Assembly: GCA_000165345.1 (NCBI GenBank)
Contig: CM000433.1
Location: forward strand, 864,001-928,000
Direction: 5' to 3'
DNA length: 64,000 nucleotides
Within the stretch, counting starts at the first letter, position 1. Every line of letters begins with the position of its first letter. Both the position numbers and the translations under genes were made by a program. The notes below the pieces were generated by a model that was not told where the DNA came from, made no database searches, and saw only the letters and a program-made list of their open reading frames with translations. Below are positions 12,713-23,736 of this stretch, piece by piece.

Positions 12713-14044
12713 ATGCCAAGAGAAGTCAGCATATACAAAAGTCCTATAAAGACTTTGAATCTTGCATTGCTATTTTGCTATGAAGTAGTATGTAAAATAA
12801 TTGTGGAATTGTTTACAAAATGGTATAAACACATTTTGATATTATTTGGAATTACTTTGACAATAATGGGATTAAGTAATTTAAATGAAAAATTAGGAGA
12901 GCTAATTCATAATTACATTTACGTTAATATTTTGAATGGAATTTGGTGGATTGGATTGGGGTTTTTGAGTTCAGTAGGACTTGGTTGCGGCATTCATACT
13001 GGATTATTGTTTTTATTTCCTCATGTTTATTCAATAATTACTACAGCTGAAAGATATAACACATTGAATTTTGACCCAAGGCAAAATATGTGGAGTAATT
13101 TATTGAACCCAGGAGATTTATTTATAGTAAATGATTTAGGTTCAGATGGATCATCAATCAGTCTATTTAACATATTATTAAAGATTCTCCCATATGCATT
13201 TTTATGGGGTTTTGGTACGGCTTTAGGAGAGTTACCCCCATATGCAGCAGCATATGCAGCTTCAAAATCTAGAAAAAATAATAGATTAAGAGAGTTAAAA
13301 AGGAGAAAAGAAAATGAAGAATTTGAAGTACAAAACTCTTCAAGTATTGAAAATATTGGGAATGAAGGTTTTGAAATTAATAAGGAGTTACTTCCTGATG
13401 ATGAAAGTACTGAAGATACAAATAATGACTCAAGTATTAAACATTACTTGATGAGTTTAATAAAGAAGTGTATAGTCACATTGATTAATAAGTTTGGTGG
13501 ATATGGAGTCTTTATTTTAAGTTGTTGGCCAAATTTAATGTTTGATTTATGTGGAATCATATGTGGCCATTATTTAATGAATTTTTGGACTTTCTTTATT
13601 CCACTAGTTCTTGGTAAAGGTATAATAAAGGTTTTCTTTCAGACTTTATTATTAATATTCTTATTTTCAAGTAAATTTGAAAATAAGCATGTTGATATTA
13701 TTCTTTGGTTTATTAAAAAATGGCCAATTTCTAAATTTTTTGATAAAGATGAAATTTACCTTAAAGAAACAATTCATAACGAGTTAATTTATATAAAAAA
13801 GACTTTAAGTAATATGAATGAGCAATCTGGAGATCCTATTTCATCATTGAATTCCAATAATATTAGTAAAATAAATAATAACAATTGGTGGGAAGTCATT
13901 ATAAGTAAAATCCAAATTACTTCCTTATTTTCATGGATTACTATTTTTGTTGTTGTTTTATTTGCAATCTCTATCATTAATGAGGCAGCAAAATATCAAG
14001 ATGAAGCCATCAGAAATAAGGAGAACAAAGTTAAAAAGGACTAA
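12713..14044 (+). CDS. VMP1: Vacuole membrane protein 1 (VMP1/TMEM49, DedA-superfamily ER scramblase-like)
   Basis: Multi-pass membrane protein. [23 protein letters not shown] matches VMP1 [58 protein letters not shown] matches VMP1 [36 protein letters not shown]. Confidence 0.85.
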   Translation: [443 protein letters not shown]

Positions 14045-14695
14045 AATTTATGGATAACTTTTCATTTTGGATTATTTAGTTTCATTTCTTTTACAATTAT
14101 TGATCTCAGATTATGCGATTGTTCATAATTGATTATAACGCACAAAATTAGGCTCAAAAACTGAGGTTATTAAATATATTTTCTATTTTTAGTATCAATT
14201 CAGATTTTAATTTTAATTATTTAAAAGAGATCACTATTTTTTTAGAAGAGTATACTTGGAAATACATTATATTTCACTTATATACTATTTTTCAAAAGGG
14301 GGAATGTAATAAATTTAATAGTTTGCTTCTCCTTGGAATTACTTTATATTTAACTAATCACTACTTTTTTTTTTGATTTTCAAATTATAATGGGATAATA
14401 TTCATCAAATTCTTTTTTCCTTCGAAGTATTTTCATAAGCCATATTTTACATTATACACAGGGTTTGACAAGGCACTTTGTTTCGAGATTAACCTTGTAT
14501 TATAGTTAAAGAAATTATCTAAAAAAAGAAATTTGAATTCATCCTAGTCACTTTTATATATAAATAGAAGAATTATTCAATCTAATTAAAATGTTTAAAT
14601 TATTTTACGTATTATGCAATTTCCGCCCCACATAATTCTTATCAATTTCTATGATTTTTTTTTTTAAAGTTTACCATTATTCTTTAAAAGGAATA

Positions 14696-14720
14696 TGGCG
14701 CCTAAAATAGCAGGCGGGCC
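14696..14720. promoter_or_regulatory. E2F-like pair TGGCGCC N10 GGCGGGCC in the 2.4-kb region upstream of the Aly/REF-like gene
   Basis: aataTGGCGCCtaaaatagcaGGCGGGCCctgc. Confidence 0.45.
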
Positions 14721-16519
14721 CTGCATTTGACTTAAAGAGCGAAGACAGATATTTCCAGTAATTAGTGGGAATAATAATTAAAAACGTGGTAGTTTTAGAA
14801 GAGAAAATCGAGTATTTTCTTTTTATAGATCGAGTGTTGCATTATATATGTACATATATATATTATATTAAGAGAGAGAGACTATTTTATTAGGTTTCTT
14901 ATTGACTGGAATAAAAATAGAGCTAGATAATTACTACTGGACTGCGTACTTTTATTTTTTATACTATTTTTAAAGTATTTAGCAGAGTAAATTGAATTTT
15001 GTTGCAGATTTAAAGGGTGGAAAATCATTAATATTAAAAGCTATTAAGAACAAGTTTGAGGGATTTGTTTTTTTATTGAAAATAATAAATTATATTTGGA
15101 TATATATATATTTCTTCAGAATAGAATAATTTAACCACTTGTTAGTATATAAAGAAAAGAATAACTTGAAGTGAATTTTGTTATTTTTTTCTTATATAGT
15201 TGTATTTGGCTGGTTTTTTCCTGTATTTTCTTAAAAAGTCTACATTTTTGGAAAAGTTGAGACCAAATTGTTCAAATACTTTAAGAGTTTGTATTAGAAC
15301 AGATATATCGAATATAAATATTTTAAACAATGGCAAAATCTTACTCAACTAAATCTAAAGGAAGAGGTTCGTTGAAATTTGAAATACTCATCTTACGTTT
15401 GTTTCCTTCTTTTTTAAGAAATTCTTGTAATTGCAGTTAATTGGTTGGCTACATTATAGATTTTTTTTTTGTTTCTGGAATATATTAGAGATATTTCAAC
15501 GGAAAGAATTCGATTGACTTTTGGTGGCTTTTGTTTTCATCCTCTTTCTTTGCATTTTATTTTTCTTTTGAACTTATCCAATGAAATGTGATATTTCAAA
15601 TATTTTACCCTCTATTATTTTGGTCTCTTTCTCACTCTAGCTCAATATGGGAGATATCATTAATAAAGTGTAAAGTATTCTGGAATCATTGGAACGCTTG
15701 GGTGGTTGAATTAGAAGTTTGGGATTTGCAGGAAATTGTTAATGAAATCATTGACTTGCCGTATAAATTATGGGATGCGTTTATTCAGACAACCAAGTGG
15801 GATATATAAAATTAATAAAATAAACGTGATTATTTACTATCCTCACATTTTCTATACTCTAATTCATGTTATTGTTGATCTTTTGTATTTTAAATAAGAT
15901 CATTTACAGCTATCAGCAGAGAGTCATCTTTCTTTCCACTAACGCATTTTTCTCTTTCAATTCTACTATGAAGTGGAAAAAAAATGCTATTTAAAATTGG
16001 AATTCATAGTTTTTGGTAGGGCATATTGAATATATTTAATCCATTCAAATCAAAAAGAAAAAAAATTGGCATTTTTAAGCTATACATGCATTGGCGATAT
16101 GATAGTTTTTCTATTACGTCATTCATGTATTTTGAATACCGGTATTTGTGTGCAAAGTTGTGGGGATTTGGCACGATTTTTTTTTTTTTTCATTTGGTTT
16201 AATTTTGGGTATTATATTTTAATATTTTTCATTCTTTTAGGCTTGAATGAAATTATATTACGAATTATGGATTAAAGTAATTTAATACTACTCTTTAATT
16301 GGGGATATTAATGGAAATGATTTAAGTCAATTCAATCGTATTTCTTATTCCTATTTGCGAACAATTCCACAGTTATGTATACTATTAATGTAGTTTAATG
16401 GAGCCATACTAAATTAATATTTATTGCAATTCTAGAAAAAAAGAAGAAAGCAAAACGTGCAATGTGTATATATACAAGTATCATTAACTGACTTTTTTTT
16501 TTTTTTTTGAACATTATAG

Positions 16520-17332
16520 GTCAATCTCGCACTAATTCAAACTCTACAAGACGTATTGTCAGACTTGGTAACACAAATTTATCAAATTCGAGAAATACTT
16601 TGAACTCCGCAAATGGTAGCTCAAAGTCTAGAGTGATTAGAGGCCAAGGCGGTAGGAGAGTCAATACCAGCTTTGATAATCTCAATAGAAGGAAATTAGC
16701 ATCTTCCAGAAACTCCACTAATAGAGGCTCTTCACTTTCTAACAATGCAAGAAACAGAAAGGGAAGCATTGGGCGCTTTAATTCTTCTGGAAATTCAGGT
16801 GCCATTAGAAGAGGAGGTAGTGGTAGTGGAGGTAGGGGAAGAGGATTTAGAGGTAGGAACAGTGGTTCTAGAACATCATCTAGAGGAAGAGGAGGCGCAT
16901 CTGGAGGATTTAGAGGAACTAGACGCCCCCAGAAGAATAAAAACAGTACAAGCACAGCGTCATTGGTAAGTTATTTTTTTCTTTGAAGAAGTTCTATGGA
17001 ATTCCACATCCATTTTTTTTTTAATGGACTGGTTATAGCGCATGGCGCCAAATGTGGGATTACGGAATACAATTTCTCAACTATATTAACTTTTCACAAT
17101 TTCTTCCCCCTTCAAAAAAAAAAAAACTATATATATTATTTTTGATTTTTTTTCTAATAAACAGGATGCAGCATTAGACTCGTATATGGGAGCAGATGTT
17201 TGCAAGGCACGATTAGATTCACAATTAGATTCATACTTTTCTGGACAAAGTACTGGAAATGATAGCATGGTAACCGGCGACTCTTCGATGAATGTGGAGA
17301 GTAATCAGGAGCCAGTTTTGATCTCACTATAG
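16520..17332 (+). CDS. Aly/REF-like RGG-box mRNA-export adaptor, 3-prime part only: join(16520..16965,17165..17332). The 5-prime exon or exons are not resolved.
   Basis: ORF 16507..16986 is RGG/RS-rich (GGSGSGGRGRGFRGRNSGSRTSSRGRGGASGGFRGTRRP). It opens at a TTG directly after an acceptor, (T)17 gaacattatag ending 16519. A GTAAGT donor sits at 16966 and acceptor aataaacag ends 17164. That gives an in-frame last exon DAALDSYMGADVCKARLDSQLDSYFSGQSTGNDSMVTGDSSMNVESNQEPVLISL ending in TAG. The C-terminal tail LDxxLDSY (present twice) resembles the UAP56-binding C-box of ALYREF (LDAQLDAYNARMDTS). An RRM should lie in undetected upstream exons within 14045..16506. Confidence 0.5.
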
Positions 17333-17446
17333 AAGAATATTAGTAAAAAGCTTTTGATAATTAATTCAACGGCAAGATACTTTGAAAAAAAAAATTGCAA
17401 CGCATGTATAGGTGGATAAATAGTAATAATACATATTAATAAAACT

Positions 17447-18717
17447 CTATTCTTGATTAATTGGTATTTCCTCTGAGAAAAGTGCACTATTATGATCATC
17501 AATGTTGTTAGAATCATTGAAATCATTAGGTTCTTGTTCATAATCAGAGGTCTCTAACTGATGATCGGAATTATTGTCCATATGGTTTGTGTAAATGTCA
17601 CTAATCTTTCTATCTAGTTGGTTGTTATTATCATTGTTATTGTTGTTATAGAGCTTTACATCTTCATCTCCATAAATACAATCATTTTGGATATATAATT
17701 CGTTATCAATTTCACATTCTTTTTGTCTTGTTTCAATGTCTGTTTCCGATTTATATTGGTCCTCGATTTGATCTTGTTCTTTTTGATTTTGTTCTTCTTG
17801 ATCCTGCTCTTGCTCTTGATTAAGAACAGGATTTTGATTTTGGTGTTGATAATCACTTTCTAAATTTTTATCGTGATTTTTACTTTGTTCAATTTCGTCA
17901 ATAGTTTCAGTATTTACTTCTAACTCATTTGAATGAATCTCAATATGACGTTCATTTGGTTCAATCTTGGATTTTAATTCGTCCATATTAGTATCATCAA
18001 TGGTACTCAAAGTATTATTATTTGGATAAATTATATCGCTTTTATAAAAATCTGGAACATTTTCTTCTGAAATTTCATTTTCATTAATTTCCTTATATTT
18101 TTTAACTGGAAATGAAGAATTTGAGAGTAAAGAATTGCCATTCTCAGTTGATATAATAACCTAATAAAATTAATTATTTAAATTTCAATAGTAATTTAAT
18201 GGGATCTATTTAAAAAAAAAAAAAAAAAACTTACATCTTTGATAATAATATTTCTTATAGCGTTAAAATAACTTTGCCAAAATATACTCTCGGACATTCT
18301 ACTTGGTACTAATTCATATCTAATATTATTTAATTCATCCATTTGTGAAAGTAATGCTGCTGCCCATTCTGCAAAAGGAATAATACAATCTGGATCATCT
18401 TCGTCTAGAGAAAATCCTTGTATTCTTGATACCGGACAATTTGTTAAAAATACTTGCTTATTCAATGTTAAGCTTTGAACCTTTTCTTTAATACTTTTAT
18501 AGTTCCATTTCAAAACAGTATTTGTAGGTAGTTCTTCGCTCGACCATTGAACAATATGAAACCATGGAAAAACATTATCTTGCATTGTTTCTGATTAATT
18601 AAATTAATATTGGTTATTAAAACTTTTAAAATTATTCATTCAAAACTCACCATCAAAATCCTTCATTTCTAACTCCATTTCTTGGGTTAAATCTTCCACA
18701 CTTTCAACAATTCCCAT
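17447..18717 (-). CDS. BSDC1: BSD domain-containing protein 1-like. Three exons: complement(join(17447..18160,18235..18590,18651..18717)).
   Basis: ORF-track fragments 18196..18585 and 17447..18010 join through a GTAAGT donor at 18234 (minus strand) and acceptor ttttattag ending 18161, in phase 0 (...RNIIIKD-VIISTENG...STIDDTNMDE...). A further 5-prime exon, MGIVESVEDLTQEMELEMKDFD-, joins through a GTGAGT donor at 18650 and acceptor aattaatcag ending 18591, in phase 1, giving -ETMQDNVFPW.... The BSD signature SESIFWQSYFNAI parallels human SEFWHRYFYKVHQL. FAEWAAALLSQ parallels LFDAWLSQF of human BSDC1. Confidence 0.7.
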
Positions 18718-20685
18718 CTTTTTATACTTGCTAGATTAATATTAAGTTATTTTATTTTCCTTCTGAGTGATTCTGATCCTATTTACTTTAAAATATTAAT
18801 TGATCATAATAAGCATTCAAAAACTCTTAATATTTCTACCTTTCTATTATTAATAAATTACTTATTATGACTTTAAGCCTAGCAAATAATTTGTGTTGTA
18901 TTTTGTTTCAATTTATAATTAGAATTTATATTACCGATATTTCCTCTTCAAACACTTTCTATTGAAAACTATTAGAAAATATCCAATCAATAGATTCTAA
19001 AGGAAAACTTTCAATATTTTCTGTTTACTCAAATCCCATATAAATCTATCGATTTTTTTTTCTACTTTAATTAATTTTTTTCATTAAATATTATACAAAT
19101 TAAAATACACAATTTTTACCGCCATTTTTAATTATTTATTTTCCTTTATAACCACAAAATTTCATTAATGTCAAACATATGATCTTTTTTTTTTTTTAAT
19201 ATTTCATAAAAATTTTCATTTTTTAAATACAAAACCGATATAAAAACTCTATTGGTTTAAATTTTATAATTAATTACCTTCCAAAGTAAATTTTTTTTTC
19301 TAATTAATTAATGCAATAAGTGTTTTCTACTTTTATTTACATGTAATTTAATTAATAAACAAAAATATTGAATGTTCCCGCCTTTTTTCTTTTAAAATAA
19401 TAAATAAATATAAAGTAATTTATTTATGAATGTTAAATACATTGTGCGTTGAAGGGTTATATTATTAATAATAATATATTAAAAATTGAAATTAAACGAG
19501 GATAATAAAAAAGTTATTTATAAGAAAACATCATTATTGGATTATATAATAATTAAATTTTTAATAAAATGATTGATCCAGGTATGTATAAAAAGTATTC
19601 CTAAAATTTATATTCAAGGGAAATATATTTTTATTAAGAAAAAATGACTTTCTTTAAATAACATTTGCACTATTATCTCATATTCAGTATATACAATTTC
19701 GGTTTTCCTTATTTTATGCTTTTGTTCGCTATTTATTTACATAATATATGTAAACAATTTACTAAAAGAAAGAGATTCATCTAAAAGACAAAAAAGAAGA
19801 GTAAGTTAACAAATAATGTATACTTTATATGAATTTAAAATTTACATTGTATTAACCAATTTTTTAAATATAGAAACCAAGAAGAAAAGACAGAGAGTAT
19901 TGGAGTATAGATGAGTAAATAATTTAAATTACAAACATTTACTTTTTTTTTTATCGTTTCAAGATTTTGTCTATGAATCTATTAGATAATTCGCAAGACA
20001 TTTTTCAACTACTTGATTAAATAATAATAAACAATTTATTTAGGTAAAACTAATTAATATTTCATTCTAAAAAAGAGTATGTATCGAGTTTGGAGGAAAA
20101 AATAACTAGAATTTTTTTCATTAATTATTTCGTGTTTAGAATTTCAATGTATTAAACAACATAAATGTCCAGTTTCCATAAATACTGCCTATAATAGTAT
20201 ATTACTACATATTAATCTATTCACAGCTACCAAATCAACAAATATATATAAATTTATTAATAAAAAATTTCTATATAATTTTAATTTACTTCTAAAAATA
20301 GAACCCACAAATTGCCCCTCACCCCCACCCCATCGCCTATGCAACAACTTTGGAAAAAAAAACGTCTCAAGATCACGCTTGCGCGCCCGGTACCGAATTA
20401 TTATTATTTTTTAATAAATTAAGTGTGAGGAAAAAAAAAATAATTCAAGATAAAAATGGAGGGAAGATTTTTAAAGAAAAAAAATTAATTAGTATTAATT
20501 ATTTTGAAATAATTTCTCCATTTAATTTTATGAATATTATCTACTTTTGTAACATCATTGAAGATTAATTGATTACTAGATTCAATTTTGAATCCAAATA
20601 ATTGACATTACTTCAGAATAGGATTAAAAAGTCCCAAAAATTCTTTTTTTTTATAGAAATTTTAAAATATTAAAAAGAAAAAAAG

Positions 20686-23574
20686 ATGTCAATAAAGCTA
20701 CGCGAACTAATTAGACAAGTTAGAAACTGCAAAACGGCAGCAGAAGAAAGGTCTATAATTTCAAAAGAATGTGCCCATATCAGAGCACTTTTTAAAGAAG
20801 ATGAAAATCAATATAGACAAAGAAATATTGCAAAATTATTATTTATTCATATGCTTGGATATCCAAGTCAATTTGGACAAGTTGAATGCTTAAAACTAAT
20901 TGCTAGCAATAAATTTTGTGAAAAAAGAATTGGATATCTTGCGATTTGTCAATTATTAGATGAAGATTCTGAAATTTTATTGCTTGCAACCAATAGTATC
21001 AAGAATGATCTGAATCACTCAAACCAATATATTAATGGACTTGCACTCTCTGCTATAGCTAACACAGCTCCTAAAGAGATGTGTAGAGCAGTTTTTAGAG
21101 AAGTTAGTGAACTTTTACTAGTTGGGAACCCATTCATCAAGAAAAGAGCATTACTTGCATCAGTACATATTATTCGAGTTCTTGAAGATGCAGAAATTGA
21201 GTCATTTATTAACTGTATTCCTTCTTTACTTGAAGATAAGCATCATGGAGTTCTTTTAGGTACTTGTCATATGATTAATTCAATAATACAATATCATCCT
21301 GAACATATTGAAGCTTTAGGACCTTTTGTACCTTTATTAGTAAAAATATTAAACACAATAAGTATGGCAGGATATCTTAATTCTATGGAATATGATAATG
21401 GAGGAGTCACAGACCAATTTCTACAAGTACATATACTAATTACAATTGGTGATCTCAGAACTGTTATTGCAGATGATATTAAAGAGAATATTTGTGCCGT
21501 ATTAGCTCAATTATTGACTAATACTGATCATTCCAAAAATGGCGGGAATTCTATTTTATATGAATCTGTTAGAACCATTATTAAATTATTACCATATATT
21601 AATGAGGATGGATTATATATGTTAGCTGTTAATACGGTAACAAAATTCTTACAAAATACTGATTTAAATATCCGTTTTGTTGCCCTTGGTTTATTAGAAA
21701 ATATGAAAGAATTTCCAAATAACTCCAGTACTTGTTCAATAGTCTCAAATGTTAATGAGAGCTTAACTGGAAATAATGACAACAGTAATAATGAAACTGC
21801 GCATGCAGGTTTGGCGCCACATCATGCATTAATTTTAGACTGTTTGAAAGATTCTGACTCGTCAATTAAACTTAGGGCATTAAAAGTTTTGTTTTCTGTA
21901 ATAAATGAAAACAATATAAAGACTTTTATTAAGGACTTATTGAATGCATTATTGATTTCAACAGAAAATGAAGAAATTGATTTTTCTATAGAATTAGCAA
22001 CAGGAATGTGTATTGCGGTAAGGAAATGTAAGCATTTAACCCCACAGTGGTATATTGATACTTATATTAAACTATTTTGCTTGGCTGGAAATATTATTAA
22101 AGAAGAAGAAAGGGATTACTTTATTTCTTACCTTTCTTCTTTAAGTGATTCAAGCATTCATTCATATACTGTCAAAAAGTTATATTTATCATTATTATCA
22201 AGAAATGACCAAATTTTACTAATTCAAGTTACTTTATGGGCAATTGGCGAATATTCTCAGCATCTATTTACTAATAATAATGGAATTGGCTCTTTTGAAG
22301 AACAAAAATCTTTAGATACCTCAGAAATTGATATCTCTGAAGAATCTGTTATGAGTTTAATTGAAAATATTTTAGTTTGTAATTCAAGGGAAATGTCAAA
22401 TAGTAACTACTCATTATCAATATCAGGAATCAATAATTTATGCATTGATTATTCTCATCCAATAAAAGGAGTTGGAACTTATGGCTCTATTAGCTCTATA
22501 GAAACTACAATCAACTTTGCATTAGTAGCTTTGATCAAAGCTAGTATTCGACTCAAGACCCAAAAAAATAAGATACTACAGCTTATTCAGAGTCAAGCAT
22601 CATCTCCATCAGTTGAAATACAACAAAGAGCTTTAGAATATATACAAATTTTGAATTCTAACTGGGATTCTAACCGAAGTCAAATTCTTAACCCTATTCC
22701 AGTATTTGATCTTTCAAATCTTTACTCTAATGAAACTAGAACAAACAGCTATATTAATCTCAATGCCTATAACTCTCCAAAAAATACTAAGAATGAAAAT
22801 ATAAATAACAAATCTAATGATAATACCCTTGTAACAGATCTTTTAGACCTTGATTCTAATATTAATGAAGTAACAGGTAATACAAGTACTAATAATATTA
22901 ACAATTCTAAAGTTGAATCGACTAATGGAAACATCCTGGACTTATTTGACACTATAGCCAGTAATAATACAAAGACTAATCACATCGATTTTAATGCAAA
23001 TGATTCTATGGCTCCAGTTTCTAAAATTGATCCTGTTTTAACTATCACTCATAATAATTCTGGTAACAGTAATAACAACTTACTTAATTTTAATGATAAT
23101 AAACCTACAATAACTACCAAGAGTTCTCCATTTGAGGATCTTATTGACTTTAATAAGCTTGATTTATCTTCTTCACACTCTTCTTCAATTCAAAATAATA
23201 ATTTAAATTCTATTGAAACTATTAAAATTTATGAAAACAAGGATATTAGAATCACATTTGATATATCCAAAAACAAATTCAACCAAAGAGAAACCAACTT
23301 CACTGCAAAGTATTTCAATATTTCTGATGTAGATATATCAAACTTTAAACTAGAAATTGCTGTTCCAAAATATCTTAATATTCAGCTTGAAACTGCCTCT
23401 AGCAACTACCTTCCTTCTAATAACTTCAATCATCCAGCAAAACAAGAAATTAAAGTTACCAAAAATGGAGATGAAAATAATCAAATACTTATGAAGCTTA
23501 GAATTAACTATCTTATCAACAATAACCAAGTTACCGAATATTCGAATGTAAATAATATTCCCAGCAAATATTAA
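20686..23574 (+). CDS. AP1G: AP-1 complex gamma-adaptin large subunit (trunk plus gamma-ear appendage)
   Basis: 962-aa single exon. The N-terminus [85 protein letters not shown] aligns nearly residue by residue with human AP1G1 ([83 protein letters not shown]). Further conserved blocks are [36 protein letters not shown] and the C-terminal ear [24 protein letters not shown]. Confidence 0.9.
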   Translation: [962 protein letters not shown]

Positions 23575-23736
23575 TTATAATTTTAATAATATACAAATAT
23601 TTATTATTACGTGTTTGCATGCATTTTTCTGCATGTATTTGTTTTTTTTTGACACGTCATTTTTTTTCTCAATGTGGATAATAAAAAGTAATTTAGATAT
23701 ATATATATATGTATATATATATTTATATATATTTAC

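Noticed and set aside
15588-16275. Short ORFs 15588..15809 and 16066..16275 in the region without genes
   Set aside because: They have no family resemblance. The second contains the ATACCGGTAT/ACGTCAT regulatory element. They are possibly fragments of unresolved Aly/REF exons but cannot be supported as CDS.
16521-16969. Minus-strand ORF 16521..16955 and plus-strand ORF 16745..16969 over the RGG region
   Set aside because: They are overlapping frames of the GGN/AGA-rich RGG-box exon. The sense frame gives a recognisable RGG/SR tail and splices to a conserved C-terminal exon.
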